A stretch of 64,000 nt of DNA. It comes from Candidatus Latescibacterota bacterium. GTDB taxonomy: Bacteria; Latescibacterota; UBA2968; GCA-2709665. The stretch covers positions 1,312,001 through 1,376,000 of the forward strand of contig OZ242358.1 of NCBI GenBank assembly GCA_965208835.1, read 5' to 3'. The translations under genes and the position numbers were made by a program. This document shows, one piece after another, positions 1-9,915 of the stretch. The notes below the pieces were generated by a model. The model was given only the letters and a program-made list of their open reading frames with translations. It ran no database searches and had not been told where the DNA came from. The first letter of the stretch is position 1. Every line of letters begins with the position of its first letter.

Positions 1-1122
1 CGGCGGATCGCCATCGAGGCGGATATTGTTGTTGTCCAGTTCGACGCCCGCGGCGTTCTGCTCCAGAGCCACCCTGTATTCGTCATCGGGCAGGTCGGGC
101 GGAACGCCTGTCACCCGCAGGCTGACTTCGGTGGTGCCGTAGCCCTGGATCAGGCGTATCCCGAAGCGATCGTGAAAACGGACGGCGGCGCCCGCGGGAA
201 CGGGCGCGCTGCCGATCATGATCTTTTGCAGTGCGGAAATGTCGTGTCCGGCCGCGTCGAACGCGTCGGCGTCGGCAAGAAGGTCTCGCATGATCGTCGG
301 GACGATGCTGCTTGAAGTGGCTTTCTCTTCTGCGATCACAGGCCAGAAATTCGAGGCGCTGTAGCGGGAGTTGAGAATGAGCGTTCCACCGGCCATGAAC
401 AGCGCTATCGAGAACACGGTTGAATTCACGTGATGCAGCGGCAGGACCAGGCTCAGGCGTTCGTTTCCGTCGAAACGCAGCCACCGGCCGATGCCATCCG
501 CATTGCTTGCGATGCTCTGCCTTGTGAGCAGGACGCCCTTGGGCTTGCCGGTTGTTCCGGATGTGTAGAGGATGATCCCCGTGGTCTGTTCCCCGATGAC
601 GTCGCCGCTCCATTCCGGTTCGAGGTCGGTGGACCGATCAACGTCGCCCGACAGCAGGCCGTCCGTGGCCGCAATCGGGATCTCCGGCGCGACCTTCCGC
701 TCTGAATCCAGGTCGTCAGGGAGGACGCACAGCAATTTGACGTTCGAGTCTTCGAGTTTGTATCGTTTGCGTTCCGGCGTGTCGCGCCTGAGATCCAGCG
801 GGACCGCGGTCGCGCCAAGGCGGAAGAGTGCCTGGGTGATCAGGAGGACTTCGGGACAATTGGGCATGGCCAGGGATACCCGGTCTCCGGGGCCGATGCC
901 ATAGTCAACGTGAAGCCGGTCCGTAAGCGCGGCCGTTTGCCGGCTAAGGTCTCCGTACGTGATAATCGACCGTTCTTGCCGGTCCAGGTCGCGGAAGATG
1001 ATGGCCGCGTGATTTTCACCACGCGATGCCCTATGCCGAAGAAGGTGCGTGAAGTTCTTCCAGGGAAAGCGATAGACGTGAGGGCGGCCATTTTTATTAC
1101 ATGTGAAGATCCGTGGGTCCAT
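1..1122 (-). CDS. AMP-dependent acyl-CoA synthetase/ligase (class I adenylate-forming), runs off the left edge
   Basis: Not in the ORF track. Manual translation from ATG at 1122 gives MDPRIFTC...GIGPGDRVSLAMPNCPE...IILYTSGTTGKPKGV, which contains the AMP-binding signature. Confidence 0.85.
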   Translation of the reverse strand, partial: MDPRIFTCNKNGRPHVYRFPWKNFTHLLRHRASRGENHAAIIFRDLDRQERSIITYGDLSRQTAALTDRLHVDYGIGPGDRVSLAMPNCPEVLLITQALFRLGATAVPLDLRRDTPERKRYKLEDSNVKLLCVLPDDLDSERKVAPEIPIAATDGLLSGDVDRSTDLEPEWSGDVIGEQTTGIILYTSGTTGKPKGVLLTRQSIASNADGIGRWLRFDGNERLSLVLPLHHVNSTVFSIALFMAGGTLILNSRYSASNFWPVIAEEKATSSSIVPTIMRDLLADADAFDAAGHDISALQKIMIGSAPVPAGAAVRFHDRFGIRLIQGYGTTEVSLRVTGVPPDLPDDEYRVALEQNAAGVELDNNNIRLDGDPP

Positions 1123-1173
1123 AGTGATTGAACTGTCGGTCATCGCAACCGTATGAGGCGTCTGGAAGCTTGA

Positions 1174-2265
1174 TCAGGTCCCGAGGGTTTCGCATCGGGC
1201 CCTGTGGAGAAGATGGTGGTCGGCCAGGACGATCGCGATCATGGATTCGACCATCGGCACCGCGCGGGGGAGGACGCAGGGATCGTGGCGGCCTCGGCCC
1301 GATAACGTGGCGGGTTTACCGTGAATATCTACGGTCTCCTGAGTCCTGAGGATGGTTGCGGTCGGTTTGAATGCGGCACGAATCACGATGTTCTCGCCGT
1401 TGGAGATCCCGCCCTGAATACCGCCCGACCGGTTGGTGCGCGTGCGTATCCTTTCTCCGTCATTGTAGAACGGATCGTTGTGGCTGGAACCGGTGAGTTT
1501 CGTGCCTGCGAAACCTGATCCGATTTCGAATCCCTTGCAGGCCGGCAGAGAAAGGATGGCTTTACCCAGGTTGGCTTCCAGTTTGTCGAATACGGGTTCC
1601 CCGAGGCCAGGCGGCACGTTGCGCGCTACGGCTTCCACGACGCCTCCGAGGGAGTCGCCGTCTTTGCGGGCCTGTTCGATCTGTTCGATCATTTGGTCGG
1701 CGATCCTGGAATCGGGGCAGCGGACGATGTTGGATTCGATCTGGTCACGCGTAACCACATCGGGATCGATGTCTGCCTCCAGACCGCGAACGCGTTTGAC
1801 AAAGGCAAGGACCTCAACTCCCAGCGTTTGATACAGGATTTTTCGCGCAATCGCCCCCGCAGCCACGCGGCCGATTGTCTCTCTTGCACTGGCCCGCCCG
1901 CCGCCTTTCCAGTCGCGAACTCCGTATTTTGCCTGGTAGGTGTAGTCGGCGTGGGAGGGGCGGTATTTTACCCTCATTTCCTCGTAGTCTCTGGATCGGG
2001 CGTCCCGGTTCCGCACAATCAGTGAGATCGGCGTGCCTAGGGTCCTTCCTTCGAAGACACCAGACAGGATTTCGACCCGGTCTTCTTCCTTTCGCTGGGT
2101 GGTAATCCTGCTCTGGCCGGGTCTGCGCCGGTCTAGTTCGGTCTGGATCTCCGCCGACGTTATTTCGAGATTGGGCGGGCAGCCGTCAATTACGACGCCC
2201 ACGCCGCCGCCGTGAGACTCGCCCCAGGTGGTGATGCGAAAGAGGTGACCGAATGTGTTGCCCAT
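1174..2265 (-). CDS. aroC: Chorismate synthase
   Basis: [23 protein letters not shown] and GRHDPCV signatures. Confidence 0.97.
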   Translation of the reverse strand: MGNTFGHLFRITTWGESHGGGVGVVIDGCPPNLEITSAEIQTELDRRRPGQSRITTQRKEEDRVEILSGVFEGRTLGTPISLIVRNRDARSRDYEEMRVKYRPSHADYTYQAKYGVRDWKGGGRASARETIGRVAAGAIARKILYQTLGVEVLAFVKRVRGLEADIDPDVVTRDQIESNIVRCPDSRIADQMIEQIEQARKDGDSLGGVVEAVARNVPPGLGEPVFDKLEANLGKAILSLPACKGFEIGSGFAGTKLTGSSHNDPFYNDGERIRTRTNRSGGIQGGISNGENIVIRAAFKPTATILRTQETVDIHGKPATLSGRGRHDPCVLPRAVPMVESMIAIVLADHHLLHRARCETLGT

Positions 2266-2572
2266 GCGACGTTCGCTCCTGGCTGAATTCCTCCGGATTT
2301 CCGTCTCGCGCAGCCGTCGTCCCGCCCCGCCGGAAACGGCCTCAATTTACCGAATCCACAAATCAGGGTCAAGCAAAAGTCTGTGTGTGAGAACGATTTT
2401 GGCGCAGGGACAGACGTGGCGCAAGCCCCCGACCCGCGACATCTTGACAGGGTCGGGACGCGGGCCTATCTTGTGCTCGCCGGGTGTTCTGTCCGGGAAG
2501 CAGATCGCCTGAATTGCCGGGCGGATGTGACGTCTTTCGGGGACGGAACACCGTTCTTCACCGGAGGTCTGC

Positions 2573-3355
2573 ATGGAGGAAAACAACTCGGGTATTCTGG
2601 AAGAAATGACGATCGACCAGGTCCGGGGGCTGAAGCCGGACGTTGCCGTGATTCCGATCGGGTCAACGGAACCGCACGGCCCCGCGCTGCCATACGGTAC
2701 GGACAGCTATCGCGCGGAGGCGATCGCCTACGGCGCCACGCGGGCGGCGAACAGCCTGGGCGGAAGCGTGGTTTGCCTGCCCACCGTCCGGGTCAGCCTG
2801 AACAACAACTTTCGCGCCTTTCCTTTCGCCTGCCGCATGCGCGTGTCAACGTTTATGGCCATGCTGGAGGACCTGGTAAACATGTGCGAGGCGGATGGTA
2901 TCGGGAAGGTGGTATTCGTCAACGCACACGGAGGCAATCCGGACGTGATCCGGGCGGCAATGCGAGATCTGGCCGCCGAAGACGGCGCATTCGTCTGCAT
3001 GATACAGGCGTCTTCCTGTGCGTCGCGGGAAGCGCGTCAGGTCTGCGAGAAGCCCAGCGACCACGCGGGCGAGGAGGAGACGTCTCAAATGCTCTATCTG
3101 CGTCCCGACCTCGTCAATGAAGCGAAGATCGGCGACAATCCGCGGATCCAGCCGTCGCTGGAGGTCCTGACGGAGTTCCAGGTGGATTTCGTCAGGCCCT
3201 GGCATCTTTACATGCCGGCGTCCGCCGGCGGAGACGCAACCCGTGCATCCCGGGAGAAGGGCAGGATCGTAATCGATTCAAGCATTGAGGGTACGGGCAG
3301 GTTTCTGGTCGAACTGTCCAGAGCAGACAGGAATAGCGATTTTCCGTACGCGTAG
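2573..3355 (+). CDS. Creatininase / creatinine amidohydrolase family protein
   Basis: PIGSTEPHGPALPYGTD, VNAHGGN and DHAGEEETS motifs; GGAGG RBS. Confidence 0.9.
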   Translation: MEENNSGILEEMTIDQVRGLKPDVAVIPIGSTEPHGPALPYGTDSYRAEAIAYGATRAANSLGGSVVCLPTVRVSLNNNFRAFPFACRMRVSTFMAMLEDLVNMCEADGIGKVVFVNAHGGNPDVIRAAMRDLAAEDGAFVCMIQASSCASREARQVCEKPSDHAGEEETSQMLYLRPDLVNEAKIGDNPRIQPSLEVLTEFQVDFVRPWHLYMPASAGGDATRASREKGRIVIDSSIEGTGRFLVELSRADRNSDFPYA

Positions 3356-3496
3356 GCGCCGGACTCCCTGTAAGCGTCCCTCCGGCCTGTACGCCGTGTG
3401 CAGAGCAGCGTCGTTCTGCACGGGTACCTTCTGTGCCTTTTGTGGCCAATTTGACTGTTGTCTTTTTTCTAATTGAGGTTAATACCAGAGGAGATC

Positions 3497-4594
3497 ATGG
3501 TAAAATACAGTGACCTGGGGGTAAAGCCCTTCATCAACGCCAGCGGAACGATCACGACCCTCGGCGGAAGTCTGATGCCGGCCGAAGTGCTGGATGCCAT
3601 GCAGGCGGCGGCGGGAGCGTTCGTCGATCTTCCGGAACTGAACGAACAGGCGGGCCGGTACCTGGCAGGAAAGATCGGCGTCGAGTCGGCGTTCGTGTCG
3701 TGCGGCGCGGCAAGCGGCATGCAGCTGTGCGCGGCAGCCTGCCTGACGGGTACGGACGAGAAGAGGGCACGGGCATTGCCGCATACCGAAGGCTGGCGGA
3801 ACGAGTTCGTGGTCAGTCTCGTGGACTCCCATACCTATATTCATCAGGGGATCGAGGTCTGCGGCGGCAGGCTGGTGCGGGTGGGCAGCAGGACCGAGGT
3901 GGCGGTCGGGGACATCCTGGGCGGGATCACGGAGCGGACGGCGGCCGTGGTCCACTTCCTGGGTACGCAGAGTAGGGCGCAGCTCGAAGAGGTGGTTGCC
4001 GGGGCCGACCGGATGGGAGTCCCGGTGGTGGTAGACGCAGCGGCGCAGCTTCCGCCCAGGACAAATCTCACGGAGGTTGCGGGCATCGGCGCGAGCCTTG
4101 TTGTATTCAGCGGCGGCAAGGGTCTTCGGGGCCCCCAGTGTACGGGTCTGGTCCTGGGAAAGGGCGATTACGTGGACGCGGTCCGGTTGAATGCGAGTCC
4201 GTTCAGCGCCGTGGGCCGCGGCATGAAGGTGGGCAAGGAAGAGATCCTCGGGCTGCTGGCGGCGGTGGACCTGTTTCTGGAAGGGAGCGACGAGGAGGAC
4301 CGGACAACCTGGTATCGACAGGCGAAGCGTGTGGTTGAACTCGTGGCGGAGGTACCCGGCGCCACAACGTATGTATTGGGCGAGGGCCAGCAGGCTTCTC
4401 CCGATTTCGCACCCAGGGCGTACGTTGATCTGGATGAAAGTGAAACCCTCCGGGTGATACGGGCGATGCGGGAAGGGGAGCCGCCGGTAGTGGTCCGTTC
4501 AAGCGGGAGTGGAATCGTGGTGGATCCGATGACGCTGACGCCCGGCGATGAGGAGATCGTCGGCCGTCGATTAAAGGAGGAGCTTGGCCGATGA
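3497..4594 (+). CDS. SelA-like PLP-dependent enzyme (DgaE / D-glucosaminate-6-phosphate ammonia-lyase-like)
   Basis: INASGTITTLGGS, VVDAAAQ, FSGGKGLRGPQ (PLP lysine) and RGMKVGKEE; GAGGAG RBS before ATG at 3497. Confidence 0.85.
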   Translation: MVKYSDLGVKPFINASGTITTLGGSLMPAEVLDAMQAAAGAFVDLPELNEQAGRYLAGKIGVESAFVSCGAASGMQLCAAACLTGTDEKRARALPHTEGWRNEFVVSLVDSHTYIHQGIEVCGGRLVRVGSRTEVAVGDILGGITERTAAVVHFLGTQSRAQLEEVVAGADRMGVPVVVDAAAQLPPRTNLTEVAGIGASLVVFSGGKGLRGPQCTGLVLGKGDYVDAVRLNASPFSAVGRGMKVGKEEILGLLAAVDLFLEGSDEEDRTTWYRQAKRVVELVAEVPGATTYVLGEGQQASPDFAPRAYVDLDESETLRVIRAMREGEPPVVVRSSGSGIVVDPMTLTPGDEEIVGRRLKEELGR

Positions 4595-5427
4595 TCGATG
4601 CCCATCTGCATATTGGACATATGGGCAGGAGTATCGAGAATACGATCGGGCATATCGACGGTATCGGGGCGGAGAAGGCTGTATTCCTTCCAATCGAGAC
4701 GGCCGACGGGGAGTACGAGTGGCTCACCGAAACGGTGGCCCAGGCTCATGAGCGGTACCCGGACAGGGTCATTCCCTTCTGCCACGTGGATGTGACTCGC
4801 GACGACGCGGTTGCGGAACTCGAACGACGCGCGGCAACGGGAGTGTTCAGGGGATACGGGGAACAGAAACAGCACCTGCCGTTGAACCATCCCGGTCTGG
4901 AGCGCGTGCTGGCCTTCTGCAACGAGATGCGCTGGCCCGTTACGTGGCATTTCCAGGAGGGGAGTCGGGGTTACAACCAGGGAATCGCGCATTTGGAAAC
5001 GCTCGTGCGCAAGTTCCGTGACATCAGGTTCATTGGGCACGCGCAGTCCTGGTGGTCCAATATCAGCGCTGAGGTGCCGCCGCCGGAGGAGACACTATAC
5101 CCGACTGGGCCGGTGGTTCCGGGCGGACTGGCGGACCGACTGCTGTCCGATTACGAGAATGTATACGCGGACCTTTCAGCGGGGTCGGGACTGGGGGCCA
5201 TCACCCGGGACGAGGCGTTCGGCAGGGACTTTCTGAAGCGCCACCGGCGGAAACTGCTGTTCGCCACGGATTGCCCGTGTGTGGATGGGCGGGGAACCGA
5301 CTATCCGCCGGGATGTTTTGCGGCGAAGAGTCTGCCTCTCCTGAGACGGATGGTGGACGATCCCGAGGCATTGGAGGACATTCTGCACCGGAACGCGGTG
5401 CGCGTGATTGGGCTGGAAGGGAATTGA
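4591..5427 (+). CDS. Amidohydrolase family 2 protein
   Basis: N-terminal IDAHLH metal motif, YADLS, LLFATD, HRNA; overlaps the upstream stop (ATGA). Confidence 0.88.
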   Translation: MIDAHLHIGHMGRSIENTIGHIDGIGAEKAVFLPIETADGEYEWLTETVAQAHERYPDRVIPFCHVDVTRDDAVAELERRAATGVFRGYGEQKQHLPLNHPGLERVLAFCNEMRWPVTWHFQEGSRGYNQGIAHLETLVRKFRDIRFIGHAQSWWSNISAEVPPPEETLYPTGPVVPGGLADRLLSDYENVYADLSAGSGLGAITRDEAFGRDFLKRHRRKLLFATDCPCVDGRGTDYPPGCFAAKSLPLLRRMVDDPEALEDILHRNAVRVIGLEGN

Positions 5428-5727
5428 ACAACAGAAGCCCGATGTCTTTCGCATCAACAGAAGGTCATTTCCCAGATATGCAATTGGTAGGAAAAACCCT
5501 TGTGGTTGGCTTGATTTTGGCTGATTGCTGTTCGCACTCGAATTGTTAAACGGTTGACTAACGCGTTGCCTGTCGCGAACACTACCAGAGCAGAGCGCGT
5601 GGTTCCGTTCTGCGCCGGAGACCGGTTGTAATCCGATGCTGGTAGGGCAAAGAATCGTGTGCGTCCGGTGAGGCGATTCGCGCTGTGCCTGTGGCAGGCC
5701 CGGCGCCCAGCGGCGACAATTCTAAAG

Positions 5728-5858
5728 GCGGTGAGAAGGTAGAGGGAAGCCGGTAGAGGAAGTCCTTGCCCGATATTTTAATCTTTCTTGCCTCTGGCAC
5801 GAGAAGAAACCTCGCAAGGCAGGCAATCTCTACCCTCTCCCGTCTTCCGTCTCCCCGC
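5728..5858 (+). repeat. 131-bp dispersed element with heptamer-repeat inverted arms, copy 1
   Basis: Core TCCTTGCCCG...TTGCCTCTGGCACGAGAAGAAACC...CAAGGCAGGCAATCTCT shared with 31521-31651 and, inverted, with 62146-62276 and 62694-62824. Confidence 0.85.
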
Positions 5859-5988
5859 TCTTAAGGAACTCGCCGAAGGCAGGGAATTTGGGGAGAGGTT
5901 TTGTGTTTGGAGTAAGTCATCCCTTCATTCTCTATAATTCGCCTTTCGTTTCTGTGTAAATTGACATCGCGGGAGTGTAAGGTTCGGG

Positions 5989-7440
5989 ATGTCCATTTCA
6001 ATTAAAGATGCTGCCTTGAACGTCCTGAATATGAGAGCGCGGATGCCCTTCCGATATGGGATCGCGTCTCTCGTCGCCGTGCCCCATCTGTTCGTCCGGG
6101 TGACCGCGGAGATCGACGGACGCCGCGAGGTGGGACTCGCCGCGGATGGGCTCCCGCCCAAGTGGTTTACGAAGAACCCCGAGGCGTCATTCGAAGACGA
6201 CCTCGAGGAAATGCTGACGGTCATCCGGCAGGCGTGCCGGCTGGCTCTGGCGGCGGGCCCGGCGGAGTCCGTCTATGGTCTCTGGCGGGAAACCTACAAC
6301 GGTCAGAAGGAATGGGCTGCAGCCACACCGTACCCGCCATTGCTGTGGGGTTTCGGCGTGAGCCTGGTCGAGCGCGCTCTAATCGACGCGTTTTGCCGGA
6401 ACACCGGGGCAAGGTTCGAAAGTGCATTACGTGAAAATGCTTTCGGCATTCGGCTGGGAGAGATTTGCCGCGAACTTGGCGGGGAGGAACCCCGGGCGTT
6501 GCTGCCCGAAAGAGCGAGCAGGTCGATTGTGGCGCGCCATACCGTGGGGTTGACCGACCCCCTGACAGACGCGGACATCCCGACGGACGAACGCGTGGAC
6601 GACGGCCTTCCGCAATCTCTCGAAGCCAGTATAAAGACGTACGGTCTGTCGCATTTGAAAATCAAGCTGTGCGGCGATTCGGACCAGGACGCGGAACGGC
6701 TGAAGGACATCGCCACATTGATGGAACGACATTCCGGAACTGACTACGCGTTTACGCTGGACGGTAACGAGCAATATACCGAAATCGACCCGTTCCGCGC
6801 GTTGTGGGATTCGATTGCGTCGGACCCGTCGCTCGACGCGTTCATGCGACGGCTGCTGTTTGTCGAGCAGCCGCTGAGGCGGGATGTTGCCCTGGGCGCG
6901 GCAGCGGGTCGGGCGATGCGCGACTGGCCAGGCCGTCCGCCGATGATTATCGACGAGTCCGACGGGACGCTGACCAGCGCGGCGGAAGCGCTGGAACTGG
7001 GATACGCGGGAACCAGCCACAAGAATTGCAAGGGGATCTTCAAGGGCGTCGCCAGCGCCTGCCTCATCGCGGACAGACGGAAGAAGGACCCCGGCCGGAG
7101 ATTCGTTCTGAGCAGCGAGGACCTGGGGAACGTCGGCCCCGTCGCGCTGCTGCAGGATCTGGCGGTGGCCGCGTGCCTGGGCGTGGGTCATACCGAGCGC
7201 AACGGTCATCACTATTTCACGGGGTTGAGCATGTATCCCCCGGACATACAGGAGCAGGTCCTCCGGAATCACGGCGGGCTCTACCGCCGTCACGACGCCG
7301 GGTTTCCGACGCTGGACGTTCGGGGCGGCCGGCTGGATATCGGCAGCGTCGTCGCTGCGCCATTCGGTTACGGGTTCGAGCTGGACACCACGCGCTTTAC
7401 CCCGCTGGAAGACTGGTCGGCGGGATCTCTGGATCTTTGA
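5989..7440 (+). CDS. Enolase superfamily (mandelate racemase-like) protein, uncharacterised subfamily
   Basis: KIK motif; metal-ligand motifs LDGNEQ, FVEQP and IIDES; HKNCKG and ERNGHHY. Confidence 0.78.
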   Translation: MSISIKDAALNVLNMRARMPFRYGIASLVAVPHLFVRVTAEIDGRREVGLAADGLPPKWFTKNPEASFEDDLEEMLTVIRQACRLALAAGPAESVYGLWRETYNGQKEWAAATPYPPLLWGFGVSLVERALIDAFCRNTGARFESALRENAFGIRLGEICRELGGEEPRALLPERASRSIVARHTVGLTDPLTDADIPTDERVDDGLPQSLEASIKTYGLSHLKIKLCGDSDQDAERLKDIATLMERHSGTDYAFTLDGNEQYTEIDPFRALWDSIASDPSLDAFMRRLLFVEQPLRRDVALGAAAGRAMRDWPGRPPMIIDESDGTLTSAAEALELGYAGTSHKNCKGIFKGVASACLIADRRKKDPGRRFVLSSEDLGNVGPVALLQDLAVAACLGVGHTERNGHHYFTGLSMYPPDIQEQVLRNHGGLYRRHDAGFPTLDVRGGRLDIGSVVAAPFGYGFELDTTRFTPLEDWSAGSLDL

Positions 7441-7549
7441 GGATCTTCTGGTGAAATGTGTCGCTTGTTCCTCCGGCCGCCGCGGGATGAAGCGCGTTCA
7501 GCAACCCGGGTTGCAGTGAAGAAGATTCCAGGTTTCTCGGGAGGCAGGT

Positions 7550-8890
7550 TTGGGACAGATCGACTGGAATGCGGTCCGGGACGAGGTGACGGGATACCTT
7601 CAGGATCTGATCCGCCTGGACACGACCAATCCACCGGGAAACGAGATACTCGCCGCGAAGTACCTCGCCGGCGTGTTGCGGCGCGAAGGGTTCGATCCCC
7701 GGGTGACCGAATCGAAGCCGGGGCGGGGAAACGTGACGGCCCGGCTTTCCGCTGGTGGCGAACCGCTGGTGTTGCTGGGGCATACGGACGTGGTCGCGGT
7801 GGAACCCGACCGGTGGCGTCATCCGCCGTTCGGGGGACAGGTGCGCGACGGGTACGTCTGGGGCCGCGGCGCGCTGGATATGAAAAACATGGTCGCGGCG
7901 GAGTTGATGGTGTTTCTGTTGTTGAAGCGGCAACGGATCGATCTGAAGCGTGACGTGATATTCGCGGCCACGGCGGATGAAGAGGCGGGCAAGGGAGACC
8001 ACGGTGTCGGCTGGCTGCTGGACAACCATCCGGAGCAGGTCGACGCGCCGTTTGTGCTGACGGAGGGCGGCGGCGCGGAATTCCGGGTGGGCGATGCCCG
8101 GTTCTATACCTGCCAGACCGGACAGAAGGGTATCTGCAGATTCCGAATGGCGGCCGGCGGTCAGCCCGGACACGGCTCCAGGCCGCACCGGGAAAACGCG
8201 GTGGTGAGGTTGTCGGAAGCGGTCGCCGCCCTGGGGCAGGCCGAGTTGCCTATGCATCCCTCGGAGACGGTCCGGGCGTATCTCGAGAGGATCGCCGAAA
8301 CCCAGGATGCCCGCACCGCGGACAGGCTGCGTCGTGTCCTGGAGCCCGCACACAGCGAGGCGGCGCTCGAATCGCTTCCGCTGGCGCCTGAATTCGTGTC
8401 GAACCTGCGGGCTTCGCTGCGAAATACCGCTTCCGTGACCATGCTGGATGCCGGACAGAAGATCAACGTGATTCCCGCCGAGGCCACAGCGTGGGTCGAC
8501 GGCAGACTGGCGCCCGGACAGACAGAAGCAAGTTTCTTCGAAGAGATCCGACCGCTCATCGGAGACGACGTCCGTATCGAAGTAGACCAGTACAGCCCCC
8601 CTCTGGAGGCCGGGATCGACTCGCCGTTGTACCGGACAATCGTGGAGGTGATGGCGGATCACGATCCGGGGGCGCACGTCGTGCCGTCGCAATCCACGGG
8701 GGGAACGGATGCCAAACACATCTGTCCGCGAAGGCCGTCGACGCAGGTGTACGGGTTCATGCCCTATCGGGGAGCCCCCGGAGAAGAGGAGTGGCAGCTG
8801 ATTCACGGGCACGACGAACGCACATCCGTAGAGAATCTGGCTCTCGCCACCCGGGTGCTATTCGATATCGTCTGTCGCTTCTGCGGCTAA
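7550..8890 (+). CDS. M20/M25/M40 family metallopeptidase/deacylase
   Basis: LGHTDVV, GRGALDMK, ADEEAG, GHGS, GGTDA and IHGHDER; GGAGG RBS before TTG. Confidence 0.93.
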   Translation: MGQIDWNAVRDEVTGYLQDLIRLDTTNPPGNEILAAKYLAGVLRREGFDPRVTESKPGRGNVTARLSAGGEPLVLLGHTDVVAVEPDRWRHPPFGGQVRDGYVWGRGALDMKNMVAAELMVFLLLKRQRIDLKRDVIFAATADEEAGKGDHGVGWLLDNHPEQVDAPFVLTEGGGAEFRVGDARFYTCQTGQKGICRFRMAAGGQPGHGSRPHRENAVVRLSEAVAALGQAELPMHPSETVRAYLERIAETQDARTADRLRRVLEPAHSEAALESLPLAPEFVSNLRASLRNTASVTMLDAGQKINVIPAEATAWVDGRLAPGQTEASFFEEIRPLIGDDVRIEVDQYSPPLEAGIDSPLYRTIVEVMADHDPGAHVVPSQSTGGTDAKHICPRRPSTQVYGFMPYRGAPGEEEWQLIHGHDERTSVENLALATRVLFDIVCRFCG

Positions 8891-8936
8891 TACTCGTCGA
8901 AGCCCGTTTCGGCGGAAACCGATCGGAGGGATTCAG

Positions 8937-9911
8937 ATGCGGGTGCTGGTCACGGACTTTGCGTGGGCCGACCTCAGTGTGGAACAGGGCGTCCTGGAGG
9001 GGATCGGGGTCGAACTTGTGCCCGCGCCGGATGGCAACGAAGAGACGCTGGCGCGGCTTGCCGTCGGCGCAAGCGGCATCATGACCTGCTGGGCCCAGAC
9101 CACGCGATGGGTCATCGAGGCCGCGCTGCCGGATCTGAAGGTGGTCACGCGATACGGCGTGGGGTTGGACAATATAGATGTGGCCTGCGCAACCGCCCGG
9201 AAGATTCCCGTGGCGTACGTGCCGGACTATTGTATGTCGGACGTGGCGGAACACGCGATGGCGCTGTTGCTGGCGCTGTCTAGGAAGGTGGCGGGTTTTG
9301 ACCGCTCGGTTCGGGGGGATGTATGGGATATACAGGCCTGCCTGCCCCTGAATCGCCTGACCGGGCAAACGCTTGGGCTAATCGGTTTCGGCCGTATCGC
9401 ACGGGAGGTCGCGGTCCGCGCAGCGCCGTTCGGACTTCGCGTTCTGACAACGGCGCCGTCGCTGCCGCCGGGCACCACGGCGCCAGGCGGCGTCGAGGTC
9501 GTAACGCTGGATGTCTTGCTGGACACGTCGGACTACGTTTCGGTCCACTGTCCCTCCACGGATGCGACGCGGGGACTTATCGACACGAATGCCCTTCGCA
9601 GGATGAAACCCACGGCCTGCCTGATCAATACGTCGCGAGGCGATATCGTGGACGAGACCGCGCTGGCCGATGCGCTGGATGCGGGCGAGATCGCGGGGGC
9701 CGCCCTGGATGTCCGTGTCGAGGAGCCGCCGGGCGAGGGTGACCGGCTTATCGGGATGCCCCAGGTGATCCATACGCCCCATGCGGCGTTTTATTCGGCG
9801 GAGTCCCTGATCGAACTCCGGGAACGCGCCGCTATGGAGACCCGCAGGGTGCTGCAGGGAGAAGAACCCGAAAACCTGGTGAATCCGGAATACCGGCGGG
9901 CGGGAGGGTGA
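8937..9911 (+). CDS. D-isomer-specific 2-hydroxyacid dehydrogenase (SerA/CtBP-like)
   Basis: RYGVGLDNID, GLIGFGRIA, INTSRG, AALDV and TPHAAFYS. Confidence 0.93.
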   Translation: MRVLVTDFAWADLSVEQGVLEGIGVELVPAPDGNEETLARLAVGASGIMTCWAQTTRWVIEAALPDLKVVTRYGVGLDNIDVACATARKIPVAYVPDYCMSDVAEHAMALLLALSRKVAGFDRSVRGDVWDIQACLPLNRLTGQTLGLIGFGRIAREVAVRAAPFGLRVLTTAPSLPPGTTAPGGVEVVTLDVLLDTSDYVSVHCPSTDATRGLIDTNALRRMKPTACLINTSRGDIVDETALADALDAGEIAGAALDVRVEEPPGEGDRLIGMPQVIHTPHAAFYSAESLIELRERAAMETRRVLQGEEPENLVNPEYRRAGG

Positions 9912-9915
9912 CGTG

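Noticed and set aside
3497-4594. True selenocysteine synthase SelA / Sec system
   Set aside because: The protein is shorter than SelA, has DgaE-like motifs and a catabolic context, and no selB, selC or selD is seen.
5428-5727. Riboswitch or ncRNA in the long intergenic region
   Set aside because: No recognisable conserved motif by eye; an Rfam search would be needed.
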